Assembly (NCBI GenBank): GCA_036351155.1
Contig: JAZBOO010000041.1
Span: 1 to 21,201, forward strand
DNA length: 21,201 nt
DNA from: Candidatus Krumholzibacteriia bacterium
GTDB lineage: Bacteria; Krumholzibacteriota; Krumholzibacteriia; LZORAL124-64-63
Direction: 5' to 3'
This document shows, piece by piece, positions 7,966 through 16,235 of this stretch. The position numbers and the translations under genes were made by a program. Under the pieces are notes generated by a model. That model searched no databases. It saw only the letters and a program-made list of their open reading frames with translations, and had not been told where the DNA came from. Each line of letters starts with the position of its first letter. Position 1 is the stretch's first letter.

Positions 7966-9504
7966 TTAGTCTCCTACCGCTGCCTTGGCCTTCTTGGGGC
8001 CAAGGTCGATGTTGTGGATCCAGGACTGGATCACTTCAGCCACACGCTCGGGGTTCTCCGAAGCGTATTCCTGGATGTCGTTGATCACCTTGTCATTGAG
8101 CTCGGGAATACCGTCAAATGACTCGGGCATTTCCTCGGAGTCCTCATCCAGAGACTTCCCGGCCTTGCCGGCCTTGACTGTGGTGGGAGTGAACACTTCC
8201 GCCACGGCCTGGCCGATGTTCTTGCGCAGTGTCATGACCAGGACACCCAGCATGATGATCAGGACGACCTTCCCTCCGTACTGGGTCACGATGCCCACCC
8301 AGTCGGGAGTGAAGCCTGTGCCATCTTCCAGCGGCTGGGTCTGGAACTGCATGTTGACGACCTCGATCTGATCGCCCCGCACGGCACTGAGGCCGACCGC
8401 GGTCTGGACAATCCGGCGCAGCTGGCCCAGCTCATCCTCGGTGCGGGGGTTGTAAACCGGCGCGTTGCCGTCGGCGCCCGGTTCGTAATTCCCGTCCACG
8501 AACACGGCCACCGAAAGATTCTTGATGCCCCCCACTTCACCCACGATGTGTTCCACCGTCCGGTTGATCTCGTAGTTGGTGATGCTCTTTTCCTGCGTTC
8601 CTCCACCGGCACCTTCCTGAGATTCGTCCCGCTCTTCACTGCGCACCACGGTCTGGGGGTCGAAGATTTCCCGTTCCTTGTCGATCTTCTCGAAATTCAA
8701 GGTGGCATCCACCCGCACGATGGCTTTTCCCATGCCCAGCACCTGATCCAGCATGCTCTCGGCCTTGTGCGTCAGGTAGCTTTCCACTTCCTTGCGCATG
8801 GTCAGCTGGCTTTCGGTGCGGCCTGACTCATCATCCTGGATCGCCGAGGACAGCACCTTGCCCTGCTGGTCGATGACCGTGACCGCGTCCACCTCCATGT
8901 TCTCCACGCTGCCGGCCACCAGGCGCTGGATGCCCGCAACCTGGCTGTGGGCCAGGGCGGCCCCGCGACCCAGGCGCACCACCACGCTGGCGGTGGCCCC
9001 GGTGTCAATTTTCTTGAAAATGCTGGGCTTGGGCAGGACCAGATGAACCCGGGCTGACTGGATTCCGTGCAGTGACTTGATGGATTCTGTCAGTTCACCT
9101 TCCAGGGCCCGCTTGAAGTTCACGTTCTGGGTGAACTCGGTCATGCCGTACTGGGGGCCGTCGAAGATGTCAAACCCCACCGTTCCGCCGGTCACCACGC
9201 CCTGGCTTTGCAGGTCCATCCGCAGGCGATTGACCTCGGTTTCCGGCACCATGATGGTGGTGCCGCCGTTGGACAGTTCGGATTTGATGTCCTGCTTGGT
9301 GATCTCCGCCAGAGCCGCGGATGCGTCCTCAGGGCTCAAATTCGTGAATAAAACGGCCATTTCCTCTTGTTGCAGCCACATGCTGAACACGGCCATGCTG
9401 ATGATGCTGGTCACCGCCACCGCACCGAGCAAGACCTTCTGGTTGAAGCTCAGTGCGGCCATCTTCTTCTGGATGTTGTCGACTATGCTCTTGAACCCAT
9501 CCAC
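7966..9504 (-). CDS. fliF: Flagellar MS-ring protein FliF
   Basis: Two TM segments, LFTNLSPEDA, GFDIFD..GMTEF, RALEGEL, ARVHLVLP, TASV, NYEINRT, RGDQIEV and C-terminal PERVAEVIQSW. Confidence 0.98.
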   Translation of the reverse strand: MDGFKSIVDNIQKKMAALSFNQKVLLGAVAVTSIISMAVFSMWLQQEEMAVLFTNLSPEDASAALAEITKQDIKSELSNGGTTIMVPETEVNRLRMDLQSQGVVTGGTVGFDIFDGPQYGMTEFTQNVNFKRALEGELTESIKSLHGIQSARVHLVLPKPSIFKKIDTGATASVVVRLGRGAALAHSQVAGIQRLVAGSVENMEVDAVTVIDQQGKVLSSAIQDDESGRTESQLTMRKEVESYLTHKAESMLDQVLGMGKAIVRVDATLNFEKIDKEREIFDPQTVVRSEERDESQEGAGGGTQEKSITNYEINRTVEHIVGEVGGIKNLSVAVFVDGNYEPGADGNAPVYNPRTEDELGQLRRIVQTAVGLSAVRGDQIEVVNMQFQTQPLEDGTGFTPDWVGIVTQYGGKVVLIIMLGVLVMTLRKNIGQAVAEVFTPTTVKAGKAGKSLDEDSEEMPESFDGIPELNDKVINDIQEYASENPERVAEVIQSWIHNIDLGPKKAKAAVGD

Positions 9505-9536
9505 GCTTTTACCTCAAATCGGGATTCGTTGATGTT

Positions 9537-9839
9537 CTAGACCTGCATGCGCATGATTTCCTGATACGACTCGAGCAGCTTGTTCCGTACTTCCAGTAGC
9601 AACTCGAAGGCCATCTGCGATTCCTTGGCCGCGATCATGACGTCATGGACCTCGGTCACTTCACCGCTGACCATGCCCTCCACCATTTCTTCTCGGGTGG
9701 TTTGCAGATTGTTGACCTCGCCGATGGCCTGCTGGAGCTGCTGGGCGAAGCTGGCCGCACCGTTGCCCGAAGCACTGCCCACTCCGTAGGCGGCGCGAGG
9801 ATCGATGCTCCCCAGTGCCTTGATTCCACCAACAGTCAT
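9537..9839 (-). CDS. fliE: Flagellar hook-basal body protein FliE
   Basis: VHDVMIA..EVRNKLLESYQEIMRMQV. Confidence 0.97.
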   Translation of the reverse strand: MTVGGIKALGSIDPRAAYGVGSASGNGAASFAQQLQQAIGEVNNLQTTREEMVEGMVSGEVTEVHDVMIAAKESQMAFELLLEVRNKLLESYQEIMRMQV

Positions 9840-9870
9840 GATTCATCCTCTCCGGTTCTTCACCCGGTCA

Positions 9871-10377
9871 CTATATCTTCAGGGCGTCGTTGAACATGTC
9901 CTTGCTGGCCTGGACAGCGCTGACATTGGCTTCGTAAGCACGGCTGGCCGCGATCATGTCCACCATCTCGGTGATGGGATTCACGTTGGGCAGCAGCAGG
10001 TATCCATCAGCGTCAGCGTCGGGATGTCCCGGATCGTAAACGACCCGGAAATCCGAAGCGTCGGGGGCCACATCGACCTCGGACTGGATGCCCGCCTCCT
10101 GCCGGCTCCCACTGGCAGATAACCCGGACATGTGGCCGCGGTGAGTGGTGTTGAGACCACCATCGGCCGGACCGCGACCCAGGGATTCGCTGTGCCGGGA
10201 CACCTTGTCTCCCAGGACCTGCTCGAAAATGGCCCGTTGACGTCGATATGGCGTGCCATCCTCGGTCCGGGTGGTTTCCGCATTGGCCAGGTTCCTGGCC
10301 ACGACATCCATTTTCGTCCGCTGGCCCCGCAGTCCGGAAGCGCTGATACGTATGGCGCTGAACAATCCGTCACTCAT
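9871..10377 (-). CDS. flgC: Flagellar basal-body rod protein FlgC
   Basis: ISASGLRGQR..NLANAETT..PYRRQ, VYDPGHPDAD..PNVN..EMVDMIAASRAYEAN. Confidence 0.98.
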   Translation of the reverse strand: MSDGLFSAIRISASGLRGQRTKMDVVARNLANAETTRTEDGTPYRRQRAIFEQVLGDKVSRHSESLGRGPADGGLNTTHRGHMSGLSASGSRQEAGIQSEVDVAPDASDFRVVYDPGHPDADADGYLLLPNVNPITEMVDMIAASRAYEANVSAVQASKDMFNDALKI

Positions 10378-10395
10378 GGTCTACTCCCTTGCCGA

Positions 10396-10806
10396 TCATC
10401 GGACCTGACCCTTGATGGCGCCCCGCAGGACCGTGTAGCGCATGCTCAGCAGACGCGTGGCCAGTCGGTAGCTCAGGTCGTTGGTGGCCAGCGTGGTCAT
10501 CTCCTTGTCGATATCCACGTTGTTCACCCCGTTGTCGAAAAACCCTTCGGCTTCCACCGTTTCGCCCTGGGTGCGGCCCAGCTGGGACCGTCCCACGGGC
10601 AGATGGCTGTCATGGGTTTGCCGGCCCTGCAAGCTGCGGCCGGCCCCGTTCAGCATCTCCTCGAACTTGTACGCCTTGGCCTTGTACCCCTGGGTTTCCA
10701 CGTTGCTGATGTTCTGCGCGGTCACCTCGTGGCGCTTGGCATACACCTGGACGGCCTTCTTCAAGGTCGACAGGTGGTTCTGGTCAAAAAGTCCCGTCTT
10801 GATCAT
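10396..10806 (-). CDS. flgB: Flagellar basal-body rod protein FlgB
   Basis: RHEVTAQNISNVETQGYKAK..F, THDSHL, NNVDIDKEM. Confidence 0.96.
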   Translation of the reverse strand: MIKTGLFDQNHLSTLKKAVQVYAKRHEVTAQNISNVETQGYKAKAYKFEEMLNGAGRSLQGRQTHDSHLPVGRSQLGRTQGETVEAEGFFDNGVNNVDIDKEMTTLATNDLSYRLATRLLSMRYTVLRGAIKGQVR

Positions 10807-10809
10807 GGC

Positions 10810-12180
10810 TTATCCCGGAATCTCCACACCCTGGTCGGTGTAGAGGTTCAGTTTGTTGCGCAGGGTACGAACGCTGATCCCCAGCTGGGTCGCCGCCACG
10901 GTGCGGTTTCCCCCGGTGGTTTCCAGCTTGCGCAGGATGAGTTCCTTTTCCATGTCACGCAGTGTCATTTCCGCGTTGATCACCGGGGTCTGGCTTTCGC
11001 CGTCCATCTCATCGGACAGGCCCAGGATCTCCGCGTCCAGCTGGTTCCCGGTCGAAAGAATAACGGCGCGTTCCAGAACATTCTGGAGCTGCCGCACATT
11101 TCCCGGCCAGTCCATGGCCATGAGGCCCCGCATGGCCTGGTCGGTGATTTCCATCACCGGTCGGCCGTTCTCGGCGGCAAATCCGGCGCAAAAATGCTTG
11201 GCCAGCAAAGGGATATCATCCTTGCGCTCCCTCAATGGTGCGATGCGCATGGGGATGACATTAAGTCGGAAGTACAGATCTTCCCGGAAGTTGCGGGCCT
11301 TGATCTCTTCCTTGAGGTTTCGGTTGGTGGTGGCGATGATCCGCACATCGGCCTTGGACGGGTACTTGGCTCCCAGCCGCATGAACTCCCTCTCCTGCAG
11401 GACCCGCAGCAGCTTGGCCTGCATGGCAAAGGGCATTTCGCTGATCTCGTCGAGCAGCAGGGTGCCCCCATCGGCCAGTTCATACTTGCCCTGCCGGGAT
11501 TGCACAGCGCCGGTGAAGGCTCCCTTTTCGTAACCAAAAAGTTCCGATTCCAGCAGGGTTTCGGGAATGGCAGCGCAGTTGATCCTGATGAAAGGACCAT
11601 CCTTGCGAGGACCGCTCAGATGAATGGATCTGGCCACAACCTCTTTGCCCGTTCCGCTTTCCCCCTGCAACAGGACGGTGCCGCGGCTGTCGGCCACCAT
11701 GCGGATCTTGTCCCGCAACATGACCATGCTGGCGTTGTTGCCCAGCAAACCGTGCTTCTCGTTGCTGTCGGCGATGCTCGAGCGCAAGGTCTTGTTCTCG
11801 GTTTTGATGGCCTCGAACTCGAAGGCCCGATTCAGCACATGATCCAGCTGGTCCAGACCGAAGGGCTTGGTCAGGTAATCGAGAGCCCCCTGACGGGTGG
11901 CCTGGATGGCTCCTTCGATGGTCCCGAAGGCCGTCATCATGATCACCACAGGCTGGTATTCCAGCTGATCCCGGATGTCTCCCAGGAGTTCCAGTCCGCT
12001 GCGCCCGGGCATCTGGACATCGGACAGCACCAGGTCCACCCGATGCTTCTTCAGGAGACCCAGGGCGGCACGGGGCTCCTCGGCCGTCAGGACCTTGAAC
12101 CGTCCGGTCAAGGAAGCCTCCAGGAAATCCCGCATGCTCTGTTCGTCATCGACAACCAGAATGGTCTTCTTCGGGGTCAT
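10810..12180 (-). CDS. Sigma54-dependent response regulator (REC-AAA+-Fis HTH), FlgR/FleR/FlrC-like (activator 2)
   Basis: VVDDE, LSDVQMP, MMTA and TKP receiver residues. GESGTGKE, GAFTGA, LDEI, FREDLYFRL and LGISVRTLRNKL HTH. Ends 3 nt before flgB. Confidence 0.95.
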   Translation of the reverse strand: MTPKKTILVVDDEQSMRDFLEASLTGRFKVLTAEEPRAALGLLKKHRVDLVLSDVQMPGRSGLELLGDIRDQLEYQPVVIMMTAFGTIEGAIQATRQGALDYLTKPFGLDQLDHVLNRAFEFEAIKTENKTLRSSIADSNEKHGLLGNNASMVMLRDKIRMVADSRGTVLLQGESGTGKEVVARSIHLSGPRKDGPFIRINCAAIPETLLESELFGYEKGAFTGAVQSRQGKYELADGGTLLLDEISEMPFAMQAKLLRVLQEREFMRLGAKYPSKADVRIIATTNRNLKEEIKARNFREDLYFRLNVIPMRIAPLRERKDDIPLLAKHFCAGFAAENGRPVMEITDQAMRGLMAMDWPGNVRQLQNVLERAVILSTGNQLDAEILGLSDEMDGESQTPVINAEMTLRDMEKELILRKLETTGGNRTVAATQLGISVRTLRNKLNLYTDQGVEIPG

Positions 12181-12204
12181 TGTGTGCCTTTCTTCCTTCG
12201 TGAA

Positions 12205-12939
12205 CTAGAGGCGGTTCCGATCCTTCAGCTCCGCCGTTTCCAGAATAACCGTGGTGCCTTGGCCTGGTTCGCTGGTCAGGGACCAGTCCAGGTGGTACAT
12301 ATCCAGCAGGGTTTCCACCCGCGAAAGTCCGATGCCCAGGTGCCCCGCCTTGGTGGTGATGAACGGGTCGGCCGCCTGGTCGACGAGGTTTTCGGGGATG
12401 CCTTTTCCGTCATCCGAAATTTTCAGAGCAATGCGTCCGGCGGGGGTTTCCTCACCCTTGAGGACCACCTGGATCCGGGTCTGCCCCGGGCGCGCTGCTT
12501 CCGCACTGTTCTTGAAGATTTCCTGCAGAAGCACCGCCAGATCCACCGCAGGAAGCAGCAGGTTCCCCTCGGGAATGGGACCGAAGAAGATCTCCAGTTC
12601 GGGGAAATTCCGCTGGCACTGCAGGGCCACCTCGTGCACCACGGCCCGCAGACTGACTTCCAGATCGGGAATGCGCCTGGTGCCCGTGAGATCCCCCACT
12701 GACCGGAAGATCTCTTCCATCCTTTCCACTTCGCCGATGATTTTCCGGGCCCAGTATTCCGGGCTGCGGTGGACGATTTCCTCGTCCGCGATCAACGAAG
12801 CGTATCCCTTGATGCCGCACAGCGAGTTGCTGGTCTTGTGCAGGTATCCCCGCAGAAGCCGTCCTTGAACGGAAGGTCGGCCACTTCCGGTCCGGATGGG
12901 GGGCACACTGACTGAACTGTTTTTCATCTTCGGCTTCAC
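12205..12939 (-). CDS. Sensor-less, atypical histidine kinase-like protein (DHp + HATPase_c only)
   Basis: H-box-like YLHKTSNSL at residue 34, EIFKNSAEA, DDGKGI, DPFITTK, LGIGL, PGQGT. No TM or input domain. GTGA overlap with the upstream gene, alternative ATG at 12927. Confidence 0.85.
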   Translation of the reverse strand: MKPKMKNSSVSVPPIRTGSGRPSVQGRLLRGYLHKTSNSLCGIKGYASLIADEEIVHRSPEYWARKIIGEVERMEEIFRSVGDLTGTRRIPDLEVSLRAVVHEVALQCQRNFPELEIFFGPIPEGNLLLPAVDLAVLLQEIFKNSAEAARPGQTRIQVVLKGEETPAGRIALKISDDGKGIPENLVDQAADPFITTKAGHLGIGLSRVETLLDMYHLDWSLTSEPGQGTTVILETAELKDRNRL

Positions 12940-13334
12940 GACACGGCGCTCGCTTGTTCGATCAGATGACGGTCATTGTCCTCTTCGCAGAGCAGAATCT
13001 GTTCGATCACAGCACCCACCTGTCCCAGGATGTCATGCATCCTGGCCCGGCCCTGAGCCGACCAGCGTGATCGCCCGGATTCCCAGGTGTCCTTGGCGTA
13101 CTTTTCTGTGGCTTCCAGGCGCCCCACGGCATCCAGACACCGCTTTTTCTGCTCCAGCACGCCCCGGATCTCGGACATGGCGGCGGCGTGGCGGATCATG
13201 CGTCCCTGCTGACGGGACAGCTCGAGCACTTGACGATAGATTTGCAGCTCTTCGCGGTAGAGCCCCACCAACCGATGGACGAGGAGCTCTTCGCGTCCCT
13301 CGAGATCAAGGCTGGTAGAATTGGGCAGCGCCAT
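12936..13334 (-). CDS. FlgN-like flagellar export chaperone (132 aa, all-helical)
   Basis: Start moved to MALPN (ATG 13334, AAGGTGA RBS). The pattern LYREELQIYRQVLELSRQQ..VLEQKKRCLDAV..QILLCEEDNDRHL resembles FlgN/FliT-type helical bundles. Family not verified by HMM. Confidence 0.65.
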   Translation of the reverse strand: MALPNSTSLDLEGREELLVHRLVGLYREELQIYRQVLELSRQQGRMIRHAAAMSEIRGVLEQKKRCLDAVGRLEATEKYAKDTWESGRSRWSAQGRARMHDILGQVGAVIEQILLCEEDNDRHLIEQASAVS

Positions 13335-14397
13335 AGGCTTCACCTTCGGTTTTGATGCGTTCGAGTTCGCGGGACATGGTGGCCATTTCACAGGCTTGAT
13401 CCTGCCAGGTGCCCAGGCGATGGGCGCTGCAGACGAGGTCGTAGCCATTGGCGGCCTTGCCGAAATCCGTGGCCAGGAAGTCCAGATTGGCCACCTGGTA
13501 CAGACTCCAGATCCGGAGCTCATCCAGGGAACTTTCCAGCATGACTTCGTACAGGGGACGTGCCTGATCGGTTTTATCTCTCAGAAACAGCAGGTCAGGA
13601 ATGGCCATGAGGACCCAGGTGCGCTGTTTCTCGGTCAAGCCCTGACTCAGGCCGCCTTTTTCCACCATGGTGAGCAGGTTGCCCAGGGCCTGGCCGGTTT
13701 TTTCCATCCAGGCCTGGCTGTAGGCGTGCCAGAACAGCACCTCCCCTTCCAGCAGGGCGGGGTGGCTTTCCATCTTGCCCATGAGGATCCCCAGGCTGTC
13801 CGAATCCCGATCGGTCAGCAACCAGCGGTAAGCCAGAATCACTTCCTTCTCTCGATCAGATAAGTCGCTGGCCCCCAGTGTGTTGGTTATCAGCTGGGCC
13901 ATGCCCAGGGAATCCCCGGCCGCCATGGTGGTGGCCAGGCGTTCCACCCCGATTTCGCGACGAAACAAGCCCAGGGTGTCCAGGCGCGCCGCTGCCTGGT
14001 ACCAGACCATGGCGCTGTCGTATTCGCTCAGGTTGGTGTAATTGCGGGCATGGGCCAGGGCCACCAGGGCCGACTCTTCCTTGTTCCCGCCCCGCAGCAG
14101 CCACTGTGCTTCCAGATCCATGATGGCTCGACTGATGGCCAGGTGGCGGTAAGGCCTGGGCTCGGTGTCTTCCCAACCCGGCAGGTCGAAGGGAAACAGC
14201 AGATTCCCTTCGGGAGTCCCGGCTTCTTCCCTGGCCTTGATGGTTTGCTCGAGTGAGTAGTGCCACTGCAGGAATCCATCGGTCTGGGCATCGGTAAGCT
14301 CCTCCGCGTGCACACGTGCACCCGGATGGCCCAGGCTCAGCAGGAGGCTGATCCCGACCGTCAAGAGTCCCCATTTTATCCAGCGCATCTGATCCAT
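13306..14397 (-). CDS. Exported TPR-like helical repeat protein of unknown function (363 aa)
   Basis: Start moved to MDQMRW (ATG 14397, AAGGA RBS, downstream of the sigma54 promoter). Signal peptide ending VHA|EE. TPR-like segments ALAHARNYTNLSEYDSAMVWY, QARPLYE and YQVANLDFLATDFGKAANGY. Confidence 0.75.
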   Translation of the reverse strand: MDQMRWIKWGLLTVGISLLLSLGHPGARVHAEELTDAQTDGFLQWHYSLEQTIKAREEAGTPEGNLLFPFDLPGWEDTEPRPYRHLAISRAIMDLEAQWLLRGGNKEESALVALAHARNYTNLSEYDSAMVWYQAAARLDTLGLFRREIGVERLATTMAAGDSLGMAQLITNTLGASDLSDREKEVILAYRWLLTDRDSDSLGILMGKMESHPALLEGEVLFWHAYSQAWMEKTGQALGNLLTMVEKGGLSQGLTEKQRTWVLMAIPDLLFLRDKTDQARPLYEVMLESSLDELRIWSLYQVANLDFLATDFGKAANGYDLVCSAHRLGTWQDQACEMATMSRELERIKTEGEAYGAAQFYQP

Positions 14398-14445
14398 GGC
14401 GTATTTTTCCTTCGGGCGGAATTTATGACCGTTTTTTCTTTCAGG

Positions 14446-14460
14446 GCAAAGGGCGTGCCT
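14446..14460 (-). promoter_or_regulatory. Sigma54 -24/-12 promoter for the TPR...flgBC-fliEFGHIJ operon
   Basis: Minus strand AGGCACGCCCTTTGC, exact GG-N10-GC, about 50 nt upstream of ATG 14397. Confidence 0.85.
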
Positions 14461-14694
14461 TGCTGTCCCTTGGAGAAGGCGAATTGATGGGGCGGGACAA
14501 TTGATTTGCACGACGCCTCGCCAAGAGCGTTAACAGGTTGTAGCTGTGTGCATTGCGTGATCAGCGGAAGGACTCGAAGAGCCGAATGAATGGACTTCCG
14601 ATATCGGAAACTCGCCGAAAACCCGTGGGGATCAGGACATCATTCGGACACAAGTGGCCAGTTTGTGGCCATCGGTTTGGGAGGGCCAGACGGC

Positions 14695-14732
14695 AAAAAA
14701 AACCGGGAACCATGTGGTCATGATTCCCGGTT
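14695..14732 (-). terminator. Intrinsic terminator after sigma54 activator 1
   Basis: Minus strand AACCGGGAATCATG-ACCA-CATGGTTCCCGGTT followed by a T run, 27 nt past the stop at 14760. Confidence 0.9.
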
Positions 14733-14759
14733 CGGTGTTCACGGTGCTGAGGCTGGAGG

Positions 14760-16235
14760 TCAACCCCTGGCTTCATCCGCTTTCAGTTCCTCGATGCCCT
14801 GGTCCTCGTCGGTTTCGTACAGGCGCAATTTCTCCCTGAGGGTCTGGCGGCTGATACCCAGGATGCGGGCGGCCTTGCTCTTGTTGTTTTCCGTCTGTTC
14901 CAGGGTGTACAGGATCTGCTGTTTTTCCACCTCGGCCAGGGGCATGAGCCCCCCTCCGGCCACCATCTGGCTGCGGTTGGACCCGTTGCGGGGATTGAGC
15001 CCGGACAGAATATGGGAGGGAAAATGCTGCGCTTCGAGCTTCTTCGGCCCTTCCAGGATCATGATGCGCTTCAGGACATTCCGCAGTTCCCGCACATTGC
15101 CGGGCCAGGGGTACTTCTGCAGTTGCTCCAGCAGGCCATCATCGATCTTCTCGGTCTCGAGCCCCATTTCCAGGTTGAAGCTGGAGATGAAATACTCGAT
15201 CAGGGTCCGGAGATCCTTGGCCCGCTCACGCAGGGAGGGCACTTCGATTTCCACCACCTGAAGCCGATAGTAAAGGTCATTCCGGAAGATCCCGTTCTCG
15301 ATGGCCTCGTGCAGGTTCCGGTTCGTGGCCGCCACCACCCGGGCCCTCACTTCCAGATCGTCCTTGCCGCCCACCCGGCGAAAACGCCGGCTCTCGAGGA
15401 CGCGTAACAGACGACTCTGCAGCAGGATACCCATCTCGCCAATTTCATCAAGGAAGATGGTCCCCTCCCCTGCCAGCGTGAAAAGCCCCTCCTTGCGGGT
15501 CTTGGCGTCGGTGAAGGCGCCCTTCTCGTGTCCGAAGAGTTCACTTTCCAGCAGAGTCTCCGGCAGGGCCGAACAGTTGATCTCCATGAAGCGATCCCGG
15601 TTGCCCTGGCTCACCTCGTGGACCGCCCGGGCCACGATTTCCTTGCCCGACCCGGATTCGCCCTGGATGAGGATGGAGGTGTCGTTTCCGCTGCGGCTGT
15701 TGCCGATCTTCTCCAGGATGCGCGCCACCTTGTCCAGGCCTTCGCATTTCTGGATCATCTCCATGTACTGGCCACCGGAAGAACTGCGGGAGGAGCTGCG
15801 GGAAGAACTGGCGGCGGTGCGCACCTCGGGCTCCGCCGTCTCGACGCGTGGCGTCGCATCTTCCTCGGCGGCGGTGGCCCTCAGCGCCGCCTTGACCTGT
15901 TTCTTGATGGCCGTCAGCTTGAACGGCTTGGGGATAAAATCATAGGCCCCGCCACGCATGGCCTCCAGGGCGGTGTCCATGTCTCCGTAGGCGGTCATCA
16001 TGATGACCGGGATCTGATTTCCCTGGTTGCGCAGGGCACTGAGAATTTCCAGCCCCGAGACTCCGGGCAACCGGAGGTCGGTGATCAGCAGATCGAACTT
16101 TTTCCCATGACAGAGAGCCAGACCGGCCTCCCCAGCCTCGGCCACCTCCACCTCGTAACCATCGAGGGTCAGGGCTTCCTGCAGGGAAGAGCGAATGGTG
16201 GCTTCATCGTCAATGATCAGGATCCGGGAGCTCAT
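14760..16235 (-). CDS. Sigma54-dependent response regulator (REC-AAA+-Fis HTH), NtrC family (activator 1)
   Basis: IIDDE, ITDLRLP, MMTA and PKP. GESGSGKE, GAFTDA, FLDEI, FRNDLYYRL and LGISRQTLREKL. Start overlaps the kinase stop (TGATG). Confidence 0.95.
   Translation of the reverse strand: MSSRILIIDDEATIRSSLQEALTLDGYEVEVAEAGEAGLALCHGKKFDLLITDLRLPGVSGLEILSALRNQGNQIPVIMMTAYGDMDTALEAMRGGAYDFIPKPFKLTAIKKQVKAALRATAAEEDATPRVETAEPEVRTAASSSRSSSRSSSGGQYMEMIQKCEGLDKVARILEKIGNSRSGNDTSILIQGESGSGKEIVARAVHEVSQGNRDRFMEINCSALPETLLESELFGHEKGAFTDAKTRKEGLFTLAGEGTIFLDEIGEMGILLQSRLLRVLESRRFRRVGGKDDLEVRARVVAATNRNLHEAIENGIFRNDLYYRLQVVEIEVPSLRERAKDLRTLIEYFISSFNLEMGLETEKIDDGLLEQLQKYPWPGNVRELRNVLKRIMILEGPKKLEAQHFPSHILSGLNPRNGSNRSQMVAGGGLMPLAEVEKQQILYTLEQTENNKSKAARILGISRQTLREKLRLYETDEDQGIEELKADEARG

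Noticed and set aside
4924..9504. Non-flagellar type III secretion interpretation of the ATPase and ring genes
   Set aside because: Rod, hook, FlgM and flagellin genes make the system clearly flagellar.
10884..10898. GG-N10-GC (TGGCGGCGACCCAGC) upstream of flgB
   Set aside because: Lacks the CAC and TTGC consensus bases and lies in HTH-coding sequence.
10132..12702. 856-aa plus-strand ORF, and other long plus-strand ORFs such as 1513-2445, 3411-4694, 6825-7952 and 17252-18241
   Set aside because: All overlap well-supported minus-strand genes and have typical shadow-ORF composition.
14507..14524. Second sigma54-like sequence TTGGCGAGGCGTCGTGCA
   Set aside because: GG-to-GC spacing is 11, and sigma54 needs 10.
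14531..14543. IHF-like core (CTACAACCTGTTA on the minus strand)
   Set aside because: Only CAA-N4-TTA matches. The WAT part does not, so it is too weak to call.
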